A DNA stretch of 64,000 nucleotides from Planctomycetota bacterium (GTDB lineage Bacteria > Planctomycetota > PLA2): positions 5,523-69,522 of the forward strand of contig JAJFFH010000049.1 of NCBI GenBank assembly GCA_021776735.1. The letters run 5' to 3'. Shown piece after piece: positions 1 to 8,568 of this stretch. The number at the start of each line of letters is the position of its first letter. Position 1 is the stretch's first letter. The notes beneath the pieces are model-generated. The model searched no databases. It was not told where the DNA came from and worked only from the letters and a program-made list of their open reading frames with translations. A program made the position numbers and the translations under genes.

Positions 1-386
1 GCCGCCGCCTCACGGCGAAAGCGCTCGACATGGCGCGGCGCGAGCAGCAAGAACGGATGCAGCACCTTGATCGCGACCGGTTGGTTCGTGCGCGTATCGA
101 GGGCGTGATAGACCGCGCCCATGCCGCCCCGTCCGAGTTCGCGGCGCAGCTCATAGGCACCCAACCGCCCCGAGAGCGGCGGCAACGGGTCCGGCGGCCC
201 CCCCTGCGCTCCCGGCGTCCCGAGGAGGTCGCGCGTCGAGATGGTCTCCTCGAGCAGACGGCGGGCCTTGTCGCGCAGGCCGGCGTCCGGGCACGCGCCT
301 TGCAAAAAGGCGTCGCGCTCGCCGGTCGGCAGAGCGCTGGCCTCCTCGACAAGCTCGTGAAGCCGCTGGTATCGCTCGGCGTCCAA
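1..386 (-). CDS. Ser/Thr protein kinase, N-terminal part (TTG start at 386..384, gene continues beyond window edge)
   Basis: Own reverse-complement translation: [111 protein letters not shown]. This carries the GxGxxG loop and VAIK lysine of Hanks-type kinases. An in-frame TAA lies immediately upstream. It is absent from the ORF track because no stop falls inside the window. Confidence 0.7.
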   Translation of the reverse strand, partial: MDAERYQRLHELVEEASALPTGERDAFLQGACPDAGLRDKARRLLEETISTRDLLGTPGAQGGPPDPLPPLSGRLGAYELRRELGRGGMGAVYHALDTRTNQPVAIKVLHPFLLLAPRHVERFRREAA

Positions 387-420
387 AGCTTAGGCCCTGC
401 CCACTCTGTTCCCGCTCAAC

Positions 421-924
421 CTATCCACTGAGCCGTTCGGCCATCCAGGTCTTGGCCATTTTCCAGTCGAGTTCGACCGTGCGCAGCGCGGTCCCGAGCG
501 CCTCCCCGGCCTCCTCGTTGGTCAGCCCGGCGAAGAACTTGAGCTCCGCGAGACGCGCATGCCGTTCATTCACCGCCGCCAGCTCCTCGAGCGCCTCATG
601 GATCGCCAAGACGTCGAGGTCACGCCCCGGCACCGCCGCGTCGGCCAGCGTGACCCGCTGCGCCGTGCCGCCACCCCGCTTGAGCGCGGACCGATCCCGC
701 GCATGATTGACCAGAATCTGCCGCATGGCCTGCGCCGCCGTCCGAAAAAAGTGCGCCCGGTCGTTCCACCCCCCGGACCCCATCTTCAGATACGCCTCGT
801 GCACGACCGCTGTCGGCTGCAGGGTGTGCCCGACGTTCTGGCTGCTGAACAGCCGCCGCGCGTGCGCGTGCAACTCGTCGTAGAGCGCCCCAAACAGCGC
901 GTCCGCCTTAGCCGGGTTAGCCAT
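421..924 (-). CDS. ECF RNA polymerase sigma factor (TIGR02999-like subgroup typically paired with protein kinases)
   Basis: 167-aa ORF. Conserved sigma region 2 (HEAYLKM) and region 4 (LTNEEAGEALGTALRTVELDWKMAKTWM), a family signature recalled from memory. A kinase gene lies 35 nt downstream. Confidence 0.85.
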   Translation of the reverse strand: MANPAKADALFGALYDELHAHARRLFSSQNVGHTLQPTAVVHEAYLKMGSGGWNDRAHFFRTAAQAMRQILVNHARDRSALKRGGGTAQRVTLADAAVPGRDLDVLAIHEALEELAAVNERHARLAELKFFAGLTNEEAGEALGTALRTVELDWKMAKTWMAERLSG

Positions 925-984
925 CCCCCAAGTTTACCCAACCCGGCTTGCGGGTTCCGGCTCCGGACCGTGTTTTTTAGATCA

Positions 985-1473
985 ATGTGGCTCGACGGCA
1001 TCCTTGCCCAGGTTCCCGGTCTGAAGGATCGGCTGACCGCAGGCGCCAACGTATTCGCCGCAGTCGGCGCTGCCGCGAGTTCCGGAGCCGGTGATCTCAC
1101 CGACCTGGCCACCAGATTTCAGCGATCGAACTTCGTGGGCTTCTCCGGCTCGACCGGTTCAGCGGGTACAAGGCCGAGGCCGGAACGGACGGCGATTCTC
1201 TTGGCTCGCCGGGTGAATCTGCGCTGGGCCCGGCGCGGACCCGCGCACCTGGTCGATACCGCGCGTTTCGACCTCGTCGTGGTTGCGACCGCACTGGGCC
1301 CGGACCACGCCGAAGCCCTCTCCCGCATCCACGAAGCCCTGCGCCTCGGCGGCGTCCTGCTGCTGCGCGACCGTGCGGTGAAACTCCAAGCCCTGCGCGC
1401 AGCCGGCCTGCGCGAAGTTCACCCGAGAGCCGGATTCCTCGTCGCCCGCCGCCGCGCCGCCCGCAGCGCGTAG
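985..1473 (+). CDS. Class I SAM-methyltransferase-like fragment (motif I not recognisable; possibly degenerate)
   Basis: Only the 3' part of ORF 559..1473 is free of the antisense sigma gene. FDLVVVATALGPDHAEALSRIHEALRLGGVLLL resembles MTase motifs II/III. Contains one copy of the dispersed motif (1184..1199). Confidence 0.3.
   Translation: MWLDGILAQVPGLKDRLTAGANVFAAVGAAASSGAGDLTDLATRFQRSNFVGFSGSTGSAGTRPRPERTAILLARRVNLRWARRGPAHLVDTARFDLVVVATALGPDHAEALSRIHEALRLGGVLLLRDRAVKLQALRAAGLREVHPRAGFLVARRRAARSA
1184..1199 (-). repeat. Dispersed motif copy (AACGGACGGCGATTCT orientation)
   Basis: Core ATCGCCGTCCGTT. Inside coding frame, read as E-R-T-A-I-L. Confidence 0.6.
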
Positions 1474-1497
1474 GCCCGACCTCTGCCCCCGCGCCCC

Positions 1498-2418
1498 CTA
1501 TTTCTTACCCTTCTTGTTGGCGTTCTTGGCCGGCTTCATCACCTTGGCTTCTTTGCGCAGCTTCTCGATCAGCTTGGTGAAGGCCTCGGTCGTGATGCGG
1601 CCGGTGAAGTTGTTGAAGCGGACGACGCCCTTCGCGTCGCGGACGACGGTCCACGGCGTGCCGCCGGTGCCGTTCGTGGCCATCGTCGTGCTGAGTCGGG
1701 CGCCGTCGATGTGACCGTCGAAGCCGACCGGCACCGTCACGCCGTGACGCTTGGCCGCGGGCGGGCCGCGTTCGGGCGTGTTGGTTTGCGTGCCCTCCCA
1801 GACGGTCTGGAGATGCATGAACACGACGTCCTTGGCCTTGGCGAACTTCTGTTCCATCTCACGGTGGCGCGGGAACCCCACGCTGTGGCACCCCGGTCAC
1901 CAACTCTGGAACGTGTGCAGGACCAGGACCTTGCCCTTGGTGTTCTCCGGCGTCGGCGGCTCTTCGCCGTCCGCCACGTTGGCCCACTTGTACGCGTACC
2001 ACGGCAGCATCGCGTGGCCCGTGGGGCCGCCCGCGCGCGTGCCGCGCCGCTGTTGCGCGAGCGCGCCGCGATACGCCCGGCGCGCAACGAGCGTCGCCTT
2101 CACCGTGGCCTTCTTGCCTTTGCGCGTGTAGACCACGTCCACCTTGTCGCCGGCCCCGGCGGACCGCAGCGCCGCATCGACATCGGGCGCGCGCCTGATC
2201 GTCTTGCCGTTGATCTCGAGCAAGACATCGCCGTCCGTCAGCTTTGCCTTTTGGGCGGGCGAATCCTTGAGCACGTGCCCGATCACGACACCCTTTTTCG
2301 TCTCCGCCGAGACGATGCCGAGCAACGCGTCGTTTTGTGAGCGGTGATGGCCCTGGGCGAAGGCGACTTGGGCGAGAAGCAAAGAGGCCGTAAGCACACG
2401 GACGGCGATGTTTCGCAT
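1498..2418 (-). CDS. Exported PDZ + TlpA/redoxin-like thioredoxin-fold protein with in-frame UGA (1897..1899) read as selenocysteine (W-U-P-G-C)
   Basis: ORFs 1897..3375 (C-terminal part) and 1498..1881 are in the same frame and separated only by TGA. N-terminus MRNIAVRVLTASLLLAQVAFA is a signal peptide. PDZ-like stretch LLGIVSAETKKGVVIGHVLKDSPAQKAKLTDGDVLLEINGKTI. Thioredoxin fold KGKVLVLHTFQSW-U-PGCH...KDVVFMHLQ...HGVTVPVGFDG...TPWTVVRDAKGVVRFNN...EAFTKLIEKL. Hairpin 1867..1883 lies 13 nt 3' of the UGA. Confidence 0.75.
2393..2413 (-). repeat. Dispersed motif copy overlapping the start codon of the 1498..2418 gene (encodes M-R-N-I-A-V-R-V)
   Basis: AGCACACGGACGGCGATGTTT. Confidence 0.7.
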
Positions 2419-2468
2419 GCGATGAAGCCTAAACCCGCGTTGTCGGGCGTGCCACGCCCGTTTTGGGG

Positions 2469-3086
2469 CTACTTCGAGGCCGGGCGGCGGCGGCGTTTTT
2501 TTTGGGTCGGGGCCTCGTCGCCCCACTGGGTCCAGCCTTCGCGCGGGTGGCGGGCGAACATCTCCAGGTAGGGGCCGGGGCTGCAGGACTCCACGATGTC
2601 GTAGAACTCGTCGGGCTTGCGGCTGTGCTCGCGCTTGCGGGTGGCGAGCAGGTTCACCTGCCGGCGGCCGGGGGCCAGCGTGCGCATCGAGCCGCGCACG
2701 CCGAACAGGATCATCTCCGTGACGTTGCGGAAGTAAAAGCCGACTCCGCGCCCGTCCGGACCGCCGTCTTTGCGGACCTTGAACCAGACCAGGTTCGACT
2801 TGTACTTGAATCCCCAGGCGTCGAGCACCTCGAGCCCCTCGCGGATCAGCGCGTTGGGGCACCACAGGTAGAGGTGGCTTTTTTGGGCGGCGACCTCGGG
2901 CACGGGCAGCGCCAGGATTTCCTTGTGGGTCATCGTGCCGTAGCGCCGCAGCCGCTTGTGTTCGGGCGCCACTTTGCCGGTCCGGTTTTCGAACTGCCAC
3001 GGCGGATCCGCAAGAATCGTCTGAAACCCGTGCTCGCCGAGGGCGAGCAGGGTCCGGGCGGGGGCGTTTTTCCGGCGCGAGATCAT
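2469..3086 (-). CDS. MT-A70 family DNA N6-adenine methyltransferase (DPPW motif)
   Basis: 205 aa. ILADPPWQFENRTGK...YGTMTHKEILALPV...GFKYKSNLVWFKVRKDG matches the MT-A70/DPPW catalytic signature. Confidence 0.85.
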   Translation of the reverse strand: MISRRKNAPARTLLALGEHGFQTILADPPWQFENRTGKVAPEHKRLRRYGTMTHKEILALPVPEVAAQKSHLYLWCPNALIREGLEVLDAWGFKYKSNLVWFKVRKDGGPDGRGVGFYFRNVTEMILFGVRGSMRTLAPGRRQVNLLATRKREHSRKPDEFYDIVESCSPGPYLEMFARHPREGWTQWGDEAPTQKKRRRRPASK

Positions 3087-3142
3087 GGGAAGGCGCTAGT
3101 GGAGCATGCCGCACCCCCAAGGGGGCGCGCCAGAGCAGTGTT

Positions 3143-3847
3143 TCAGAGTAGCGTCGCCGCGCCGGTGGTCGTTTCCCCGTCGACGAGCGCTGCCGTGATG
3201 CCGAAGACCGCGATCGGGCAGCCGCCGCCCGCGCCGCCGCGCAGGCGGGGGAGGAGCCGGCCCATGTGGGTGGTCGCGGCGCCATAGCTGCTGTACTTGC
3301 CCAGCCGGCGAAACACGTCGTCGAGGTCGTCGGAACGTGTGACGATGACCCCGACGCTGACGACGTGCAGGTCAAACAGCAGCCGGAAGTTGTTTAGGTC
3401 GCGGTCGTAGAACGGATCCTTGTTGTTCCATTCGATTTCGAGCGCGATGCGGCCCTTGAAACAGTCGATCTTGTGCGTGGGGGACTCGTGGCGTTTGCCG
3501 TCCACGACGATGCTGGTGTCGAATCCGCGTTCCTCCCAGCCCAACGCCTCGAGCGCGCCGTCCAGCGAATGCGCGATCGCGCTCTTGTTCCCGCCGCCCG
3601 CGGCGATGTCTCTTTCCGCGAGCCGAAAGGCCGAAAGCACGCCCTCGATCTCCGCCCATTCCCGCGGAAACGCGCCGGTCAGGATCGCAAGCGCATGGCG
3701 CCACTCGTGCACCTCCCACCCGGGAAGCCGCGCGCGCACGTCTTCGACGTAGGTGCTCACCCCGAAAGAGTGCGCGCACGCGGCCCGAAACTCAATATTT
3801 GGCGCCGCTACCCGGTCTATTCGGTGCCGGTCGAACGTTCTTTCCAT
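3143..3847 (-). CDS. Putative Type II restriction endonuclease, BamHI-like PD-(D/E)XK fold
   Basis: Real start MERTFDRH inside ORF 3143..4558 (the upstream part is Arg-rich antisense junk). KIDCFKGRIALEIEWNNKD resembles the BamHI catalytic D...E-x-E segment. Directly adjacent to the MTase. Confidence 0.55.
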   Translation of the reverse strand: MERTFDRHRIDRVAAPNIEFRAACAHSFGVSTYVEDVRARLPGWEVHEWRHALAILTGAFPREWAEIEGVLSAFRLAERDIAAGGGNKSAIAHSLDGALEALGWEERGFDTSIVVDGKRHESPTHKIDCFKGRIALEIEWNNKDPFYDRDLNNFRLLFDLHVVSVGVIVTRSDDLDDVFRRLGKYSSYGAATTHMGRLLPRLRGGAGGGCPIAVFGITAALVDGETTTGAATLL

Positions 3848-4974
3848 TCGGGGGCGTGGCGGTCGTAGTCGCGCATCGCGCGCTGGACGGCCGATGCCAG
3901 CATCTGCGGCGAGCACATGTTGCGGCGGTCCGCGCTCTTCTTTTGGAGCTCGGCGTTCGGATACGGCGAGCCGGTGTCGGACGCCGCGGTCCAGGCGCGC
4001 CGCACAAGGCGGTCGTTCGGCCGGTTCTTCAAGATCCAGCCGAAGTGGAAGTTCGCCCAAGACATGGCGTCGAGGTGGTAGCACGCCTTGCCCGCCAAAA
4101 AGTGCAGCTCCGCCGAGAAACGAGTCGCCTCGTGCGCCTTGGCCGCCGGCTCGAGCATCTTGCGCGCGGCGGCCCACTTCTTTTGGTCCGTCAAGCGGTA
4201 GCCGTCCTCGACCGCGACGGGCGCGGCGTGTTTCTTGCCGGCGCGGAGCGGCGCGAGCAGCGCCTGTTGCGTTTTCCAGTCCTGGCGATAGCGCGCCAGA
4301 CGCGCCCGCGCGATCGCGTTGCCGTTCTTGGCGTACAACTTGTCCGCGTCGTCGTAGCGGCCGAGCTCGTCCAGCAGTCGCGCCGTCGCGGCGTCGCCCT
4401 TCACCAGGGCCTGTCTCTCGTCGGCCGTGGGCGCGGCGTACTGCGGATACTTCGCGAGCAGTTCCTGCAGCCAAACGAACACGTCGTTTTTGTCGGCGTA
4501 GATGCCGGTGCTCGACAGGTACTTGCCGTCCGGCGTAAACGCCGCGAAGAACGCCCACTTGTTGGGTACCTTCCCGCGCACGAAGTCCTTCGCCGCCTGG
4601 TCCTGTCCCTGGCCATGCGAACCCGTGGCGAAAAAGACCGGCACAAACCGGCGGTTGATCAGATCAATGACACGTTTTTCAGCGAAGGCACCTGCCCTCA
4701 TCGGTTCCGCGCCAGGTCACCAACTTCCCGCGGTGGCGCATGTAGCCCCCTTGGCATCGATCCCGAACGAGATTCCCTTGAGCACCAACAACCGGTTTCG
4801 CGCCTTCGCCGCCGCGCGCGCCTTGTCGAATTGCCCCGGCAGGAACCACCGAATCGACGACGTGTCGCTGGTCGTGTCGGCCTTCGGTTTTTGGGCCTCG
4901 GGAACATCAGCCGCAACAAGAAGCTGCACGACGGCGATGCACCCAACAATCAAAAACAAAGAAAAACGACGCAT
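3817..4974 (-). CDS. Exported Thioredoxin_7/DsbD-gamma-like protein with in-frame UGA (4717..4719) read as selenocysteine (S-W-U-P-G-A)
   Basis: ORFs 4717..4974 (signal peptide MRRFSLFLIVGCIAVVQLLVAA) and 3817..4701 are in the same frame and separated only by TGA. The read-through gives ...LLVLKGISFGIDAKGATCATAGSW-U-PGAEPMRAGAFAEKRVIDLINRRFVPVFF. This aligns with Thioredoxin_7 W-C-x-x-C followed by vfsdpevaellnenfvpv. Confidence 0.7.
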
Positions 4975-5061
4975 GGATCAGACCTCCACAAGCACTACGC
5001 GAACGAGGGAGTCCGCCTCCCGGTTGACGCAGTTTTTGACAGAGCGGGTCTCGCAAAAAAG

Positions 5062-5079
5062 CATCGCCGTCGGTTTGCT
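5062..5079 (+). repeat. Dispersed motif copy (1 mismatch), about 85 nt upstream of the 3817..4974 gene
   Basis: CATCGCCGTCGGTTTGCT preceded by an A6 run. Confidence 0.6.
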
Positions 5080-5113
5080 GTCCTTTGCGGGCCCAAGCCC
5101 GCAAGCCTTAACG

Positions 5114-5134
5114 AAAATCGCCCATGGCGATTTT
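5114..5134 (-). terminator. Perfect palindrome AAAATCGCC-CATG-GCGATTTT downstream of the HEAT-repeat gene
   Basis: 9-bp arms flanked by A/T runs immediately 3' of the gene ending at 5144. Confidence 0.4.
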
Positions 5135-5143
5135 CGCAGCGGC

Positions 5144-5897
5144 CTAACCCTTGCCCTTCTTGTCCCAGTCCTTGGTCCCGTTGTCCTTGAGCCAAGCCTC
5201 CCACGCCGCGGAGCTGTTCAGCTTTTCGCCGGTCAACGCGGTCAGGGTCTCGCCGAACGCGGGCTTGCAGATCTTGTAGCGCTTCATCTGCGCGGAATCC
5301 GCGGCCTTGCCGCCGGCGGCGAGCTCCACGCGCTTGAACTGCTTGGCGAGACCTTTCGCGATGATCTTGCGCCATTTCAGGGAGAGGGTCGGGAATTGGC
5401 CGCACGCGCGGATCGCGGCGGCGGCCACGTCCGGATCCTTGGAGATGCCGGTCATCTTCAGGAGGACCGGGGCTGCGTGGTTCGAGCCGCACTTGGCGAG
5501 CGCGTCGATGATGCCGACCTTCTGCGCGGCGGGGCGCTTGGCCTTGAAGCGCGTCATCAGTTTCGTGCGGCCCGTCTTGCCGCCCGCCGCGAGCATGCGG
5601 GCCGTTGCATTCAGGAACGCGGTGTCCAGGTCGTACTTCTTGCTGTACGCGCGATCGAGTTCGAACACGATCCGTATCTGGGCCTTCCTGCTCGCCTTGG
5701 GCAGGTGCTTCTTGATGCGCTCCTCGATGCTGCTCATGCTGCCGCTCGACATGCCGAGCACATGCCGGCGGAATTCGACGATCGCCCCCCATGCCTGGCG
5801 GGTGTCGGCCGGGCCGGCCGTGGCGATGGGGGTCCAGAGGAGCAGAATCCAAAAGACAAGGAGGGGGGCGGGGGCGGCGAGGCGGATGCGCTTCACG
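5144..5897 (-). CDS. Secreted HEAT-repeat protein (hypothetical)
   Basis: Signal peptide (V)KRIRLAAPAPLLVFWILLLWTPIATA. HEAT-like repeats VGIIDALAKCGSNHAAPVLL...DPDVAAAAIRACGQF. The N-terminal part of ORF 5144..6274 is antisense junk. Confidence 0.6.
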
Positions 5898-6969
5898 ATG
5901 ATCCTCCCGGAAGCAGAACGTGGTCGGTGCGTGGGCAGTACAGGTACCACGCACTGCCGGTGCTGATCAGCGTGACCTTGATCGCCGTCTTTCCGTCGGT
6001 GGTCTTCAGGTGCACCGTGGCCTTGGCCCACAGTCCGTGGTGGTCGATTTCCTTGACCGAGAACGACTTGACGAGCGGTCCGACGAGGGTCGCGTCCTTT
6101 TGGGCGGCCTCGCGAAAGCTCGTGAGCGCCTCGTAGGCGCCGCCGGTTCCGCGCAGGATCGGCGAGTACGACGCCCAAAACGCCTTGCGAAACTCGTGCA
6201 GGTTGATCAGGCGCCCGGTGCCGCAGCACTCCTCGCACTCCGTGCCGTCCGAGAACTTGCCTTCGCCGCGACACAGGGCGTGGCGGGCGGCGATCTTTTT
6301 GCGCGCTCCCAGCCAGCTCTTGATGCGGGCGCGGATTCGGCGACCGTCGCGCTTTTGCGTGCGCGCGGTGTCCTCGTCGTCCGGCGGCTCCGGCGCGTCC
6401 AGGTCCAGGGCGACGGGTACCGCGGGCGGCTTGCCCGCGTCAAACGAAACCGCGGCCACAATCTCGTTCGCGACGTCGTCCGGATCCGGCGGATTCGCAG
6501 CGTGGTCGGACTTGTCCTCGCGCGGCTCTTTCTTCGGGCCGGGTTCGGGCTTCGGCTCTTGTTTCGGGTCGGGCTTTGCGGGCTCCGGTTGGCCGCCGGA
6601 GTTTTTTCGCGCCTGCACTTTCTTGTGCTGTTTGAGCCAGAACAGGTGGGCGCGCATCTTGAACGCGTGGCGGGATGCGAGCGAGAGCCGCGCGCGAATC
6701 CCGGCGTGTTCCTCGATCTCAAGTGCCTTTTCAAACTGCGCGAGGCCCGCGTCGTACTTGGCGACGATCGTCTTGACCAGCGCCAGGCGTTCGTCGCCCT
6801 CGGGTTCGTCGAGAATCAGCTTCTTCCAGAGCTGATGCCCCTCCCGGCACAGCGCGACGCCCTTGTCGGTGAGTTTTTTGGCCTTCGGACCGAGCTCGCC
6901 CGCATAACCGGCGACCGCAACGATCCCCAGGAGCACGCCCGCCCGGAGGGCACGAATTCCCCATTGCAT
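5893..6969 (-). CDS. Secreted hypothetical protein with Cys-rich zinc-ribbon-like segment
   Basis: 358 aa. Signal peptide MQWGIRALRAGVLLGIVAVAGYA. Cys-rich segment CRGEGKFSDGTECEECCGTGRL. Pro/Lys-rich linker. Last gene of a sigma/anti-sigma operon. Confidence 0.65.
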   Translation of the reverse strand: MQWGIRALRAGVLLGIVAVAGYAGELGPKAKKLTDKGVALCREGHQLWKKLILDEPEGDERLALVKTIVAKYDAGLAQFEKALEIEEHAGIRARLSLASRHAFKMRAHLFWLKQHKKVQARKNSGGQPEPAKPDPKQEPKPEPGPKKEPREDKSDHAANPPDPDDVANEIVAAVSFDAGKPPAVPVALDLDAPEPPDDEDTARTQKRDGRRIRARIKSWLGARKKIAARHALCRGEGKFSDGTECEECCGTGRLINLHEFRKAFWASYSPILRGTGGAYEALTSFREAAQKDATLVGPLVKSFSVKEIDHHGLWAKATVHLKTTDGKTAIKVTLISTGSAWYLYCPRTDHVLLPGGSS

Positions 6970-7060
6970 GGCGTCAATTGTAGGGACTCGCCGGGATCCG
7001 CGTCCAACTTCTTGTCAACATCACGCGCGCGCCCGCGTCCACCCGCATTCGCTGGACCCT

Positions 7061-7312
7061 TCAGCTTGCGTCGGGGCCGTTCTCGGGGGCGTGCGCCTCA
7101 AGCAGAAGATCGATCTCTTCGCGGCACTCCGAACACACCCGCAGGTGCTGGGCGACCACGCAGAGCGTTTCGGGCAGGTCGTCCGGCCCGGCGGCGACCG
7201 CCTCGACGAACGCGGCCGCGCGGGCGAGCATCTCGTCGCAGTCGATTTCGTGCGCGGCGGTGTCGGCGACGAGCCGCGCCAGTTCGGCGAGTTGTTCGTC
7301 GGTCAGCATCAT
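7061..7312 (-). CDS. Zinc-finger (HxxxCxxC, ZAS-type) anti-sigma factor
   Basis: 83 aa. HLRVCSECREEIDLL motif. 4-nt overlap with the upstream ECF sigma gene. Confidence 0.75.
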   Translation of the reverse strand: MMLTDEQLAELARLVADTAAHEIDCDEMLARAAAFVEAVAAGPDDLPETLCVVAQHLRVCSECREEIDLLLEAHAPENGPDAS

Positions 7313-8037
7313 CGTTTCCGGTCTCCTCGCATCGGCGTTGAAGCCGTGTCCAGGAGCGTGCCCACACCCGTCGCGTCAAAACCGCTGCGCTCCAGTGCGG
7401 TGCGGAGTTTCTTGCGCGCGTCGTGGCCGACTTTGTAGACCGCGTTGGGTTTCGTATCGAGGCGCTCGGCCAGGCGTGTCAGCGGAATACCCGCCAGCTC
7501 GCCCAGGACGACGTGGCGCTGACGCTCGGTCAGTTCCGTGTCGATCGCATGACGCAATGCGGCGAACAGTTCGTTGCGTTCGACGCCTTGACCGGCCTTG
7601 TCCGGTTCCACCAGCGCGGCGTCCACCAGGGGTCCATCGAATTGGGCGAGTTGCGCGCTCGTGCGTTCGACGGACCAGCGGCGCTTGCGCAGCTCGGTGA
7701 GCGCGACGCGAATTGCCACGGCGGTGGCCCATGTCGAGAAACGCGCGTCCCCGCGAAACGAATCGAGTGACGCGAGGATGCGCAGGCACGCGTCCTGCGT
7801 GAAATCGTCGAGATCGGCAGCGGACACGTTGCCTCGTGGCCCGAGTACCACGCCGAGTTTTCGGCGGACGAGCCGGTGCAGCTCCGTGACCGCGGCGTTG
7901 TCGCCGGATGCAAGGTCCGCGATCCAATCGGGTTCGTGCCCAAGCGGCGCCACGTCGTGATCGTAGGCGCTGGCCCGGTGTGCCGACAAGAAAACCGAAA
8001 AAAGCAAACGGACGGCGAGGTAAGAGGCGGCACGCAA
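7309..8037 (-). CDS. ECF RNA polymerase sigma factor (start codon uncertain)
   Basis: Region 2 (LDDFTQDACLRILASLDSF) and region 4 (ERQRHVVLGELAGIPLTRLAERLDTKPNAVYKVGHDARKKL). The 5' end contains a dispersed-motif copy (8003..8020). Confidence 0.85.
   Translation of the reverse strand: MRAASYLAVRLLFSVFLSAHRASAYDHDVAPLGHEPDWIADLASGDNAAVTELHRLVRRKLGVVLGPRGNVSAADLDDFTQDACLRILASLDSFRGDARFSTWATAVAIRVALTELRKRRWSVERTSAQLAQFDGPLVDAALVEPDKAGQGVERNELFAALRHAIDTELTERQRHVVLGELAGIPLTRLAERLDTKPNAVYKVGHDARKKLRTALERSGFDATGVGTLLDTASTPMRGDRKR
8003..8020 (-). repeat. Dispersed motif copy at the 5' end of the ECF sigma gene
   Basis: AGCAAACGGACGGCGAGG preceded by CCGAAAAA. Confidence 0.6.
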
Positions 8038-8097
8038 GACGCGTCAAGGGGGCGGCAGGCACGAGTCAGCCTGCATGGATCGCAATCAGGAGACACC

Positions 8098-8499
8098 ATG
8101 GCCCACATCCGGCTGTTTGAAGAAGACGGCGACGAGCGAGCGCGCGTCCTGCAACAGGGCCTGCGGAAAGCGCTTGGGTTCTTGCCCGGGACGTACCAGG
8201 CGATGGGACGTAGCGGCCGTTTTCTCGAGCCTTTCCTGCGCCTCGAAAACGCCGCCGGCGCCAACCTTGACCGGAAGGCGCGCGAACTGATCGCGATCGC
8301 GGTCAGCGCGGCGAACGGTTGCGGCTACTGCGTCCACGCGCATCGCTCGCTGGCCCTGAAGGCCGGATGCTCGGAGGAGGAGATCACGGGAGCGATCGAG
8401 GTCGCGGCCGTGATCAGCGCGAGCAACACCTTTAACAAGGCCACCGGCCTGACCCACGACATCACACCCGAGGTCGTCGGCGTCGCTGCCGAGGGCTGA
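8098..8499 (+). CDS. AhpD-like / carboxymuconolactone decarboxylase-family peroxidase-related protein (CxxC)
   Basis: MAHIRLFEED...GCGYCVHAHRSLALKAG. AGGAGA RBS 7 nt upstream of the ATG. Confidence 0.85.
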   Translation: MAHIRLFEEDGDERARVLQQGLRKALGFLPGTYQAMGRSGRFLEPFLRLENAAGANLDRKARELIAIAVSAANGCGYCVHAHRSLALKAGCSEEEITGAIEVAAVISASNTFNKATGLTHDITPEVVGVAAEG

Positions 8500-8568
8500 T
8501 TCTCCCCTGCCCCCGAACCCCCTCAACTGGCCCCGAACCCCCTCAACCCAATTGTAAGGAGTCTTTCC

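Noticed and set aside
559-1473. Long plus-strand ORF overlapping the sigma factor gene
   Set aside because: The 5' two-thirds is antisense to a well-supported sigma gene and is Arg/Pro-rich. Only the 3' part (985..1473) is kept, as a low-confidence MTase-like fragment.
3143-4558. 471-aa ORF as a single gene
   Set aside because: The N-terminal 237 residues are Arg/Gly-rich antisense junk, typical of high-GC DNA. The real gene starts at MERTFDRH (3847).
8037-8098. Sigma-54-type promoter (GGCAC...TGCA) in the divergent region
   Set aside because: The spacing between the GG and GC elements is wrong for a -24/-12 promoter.
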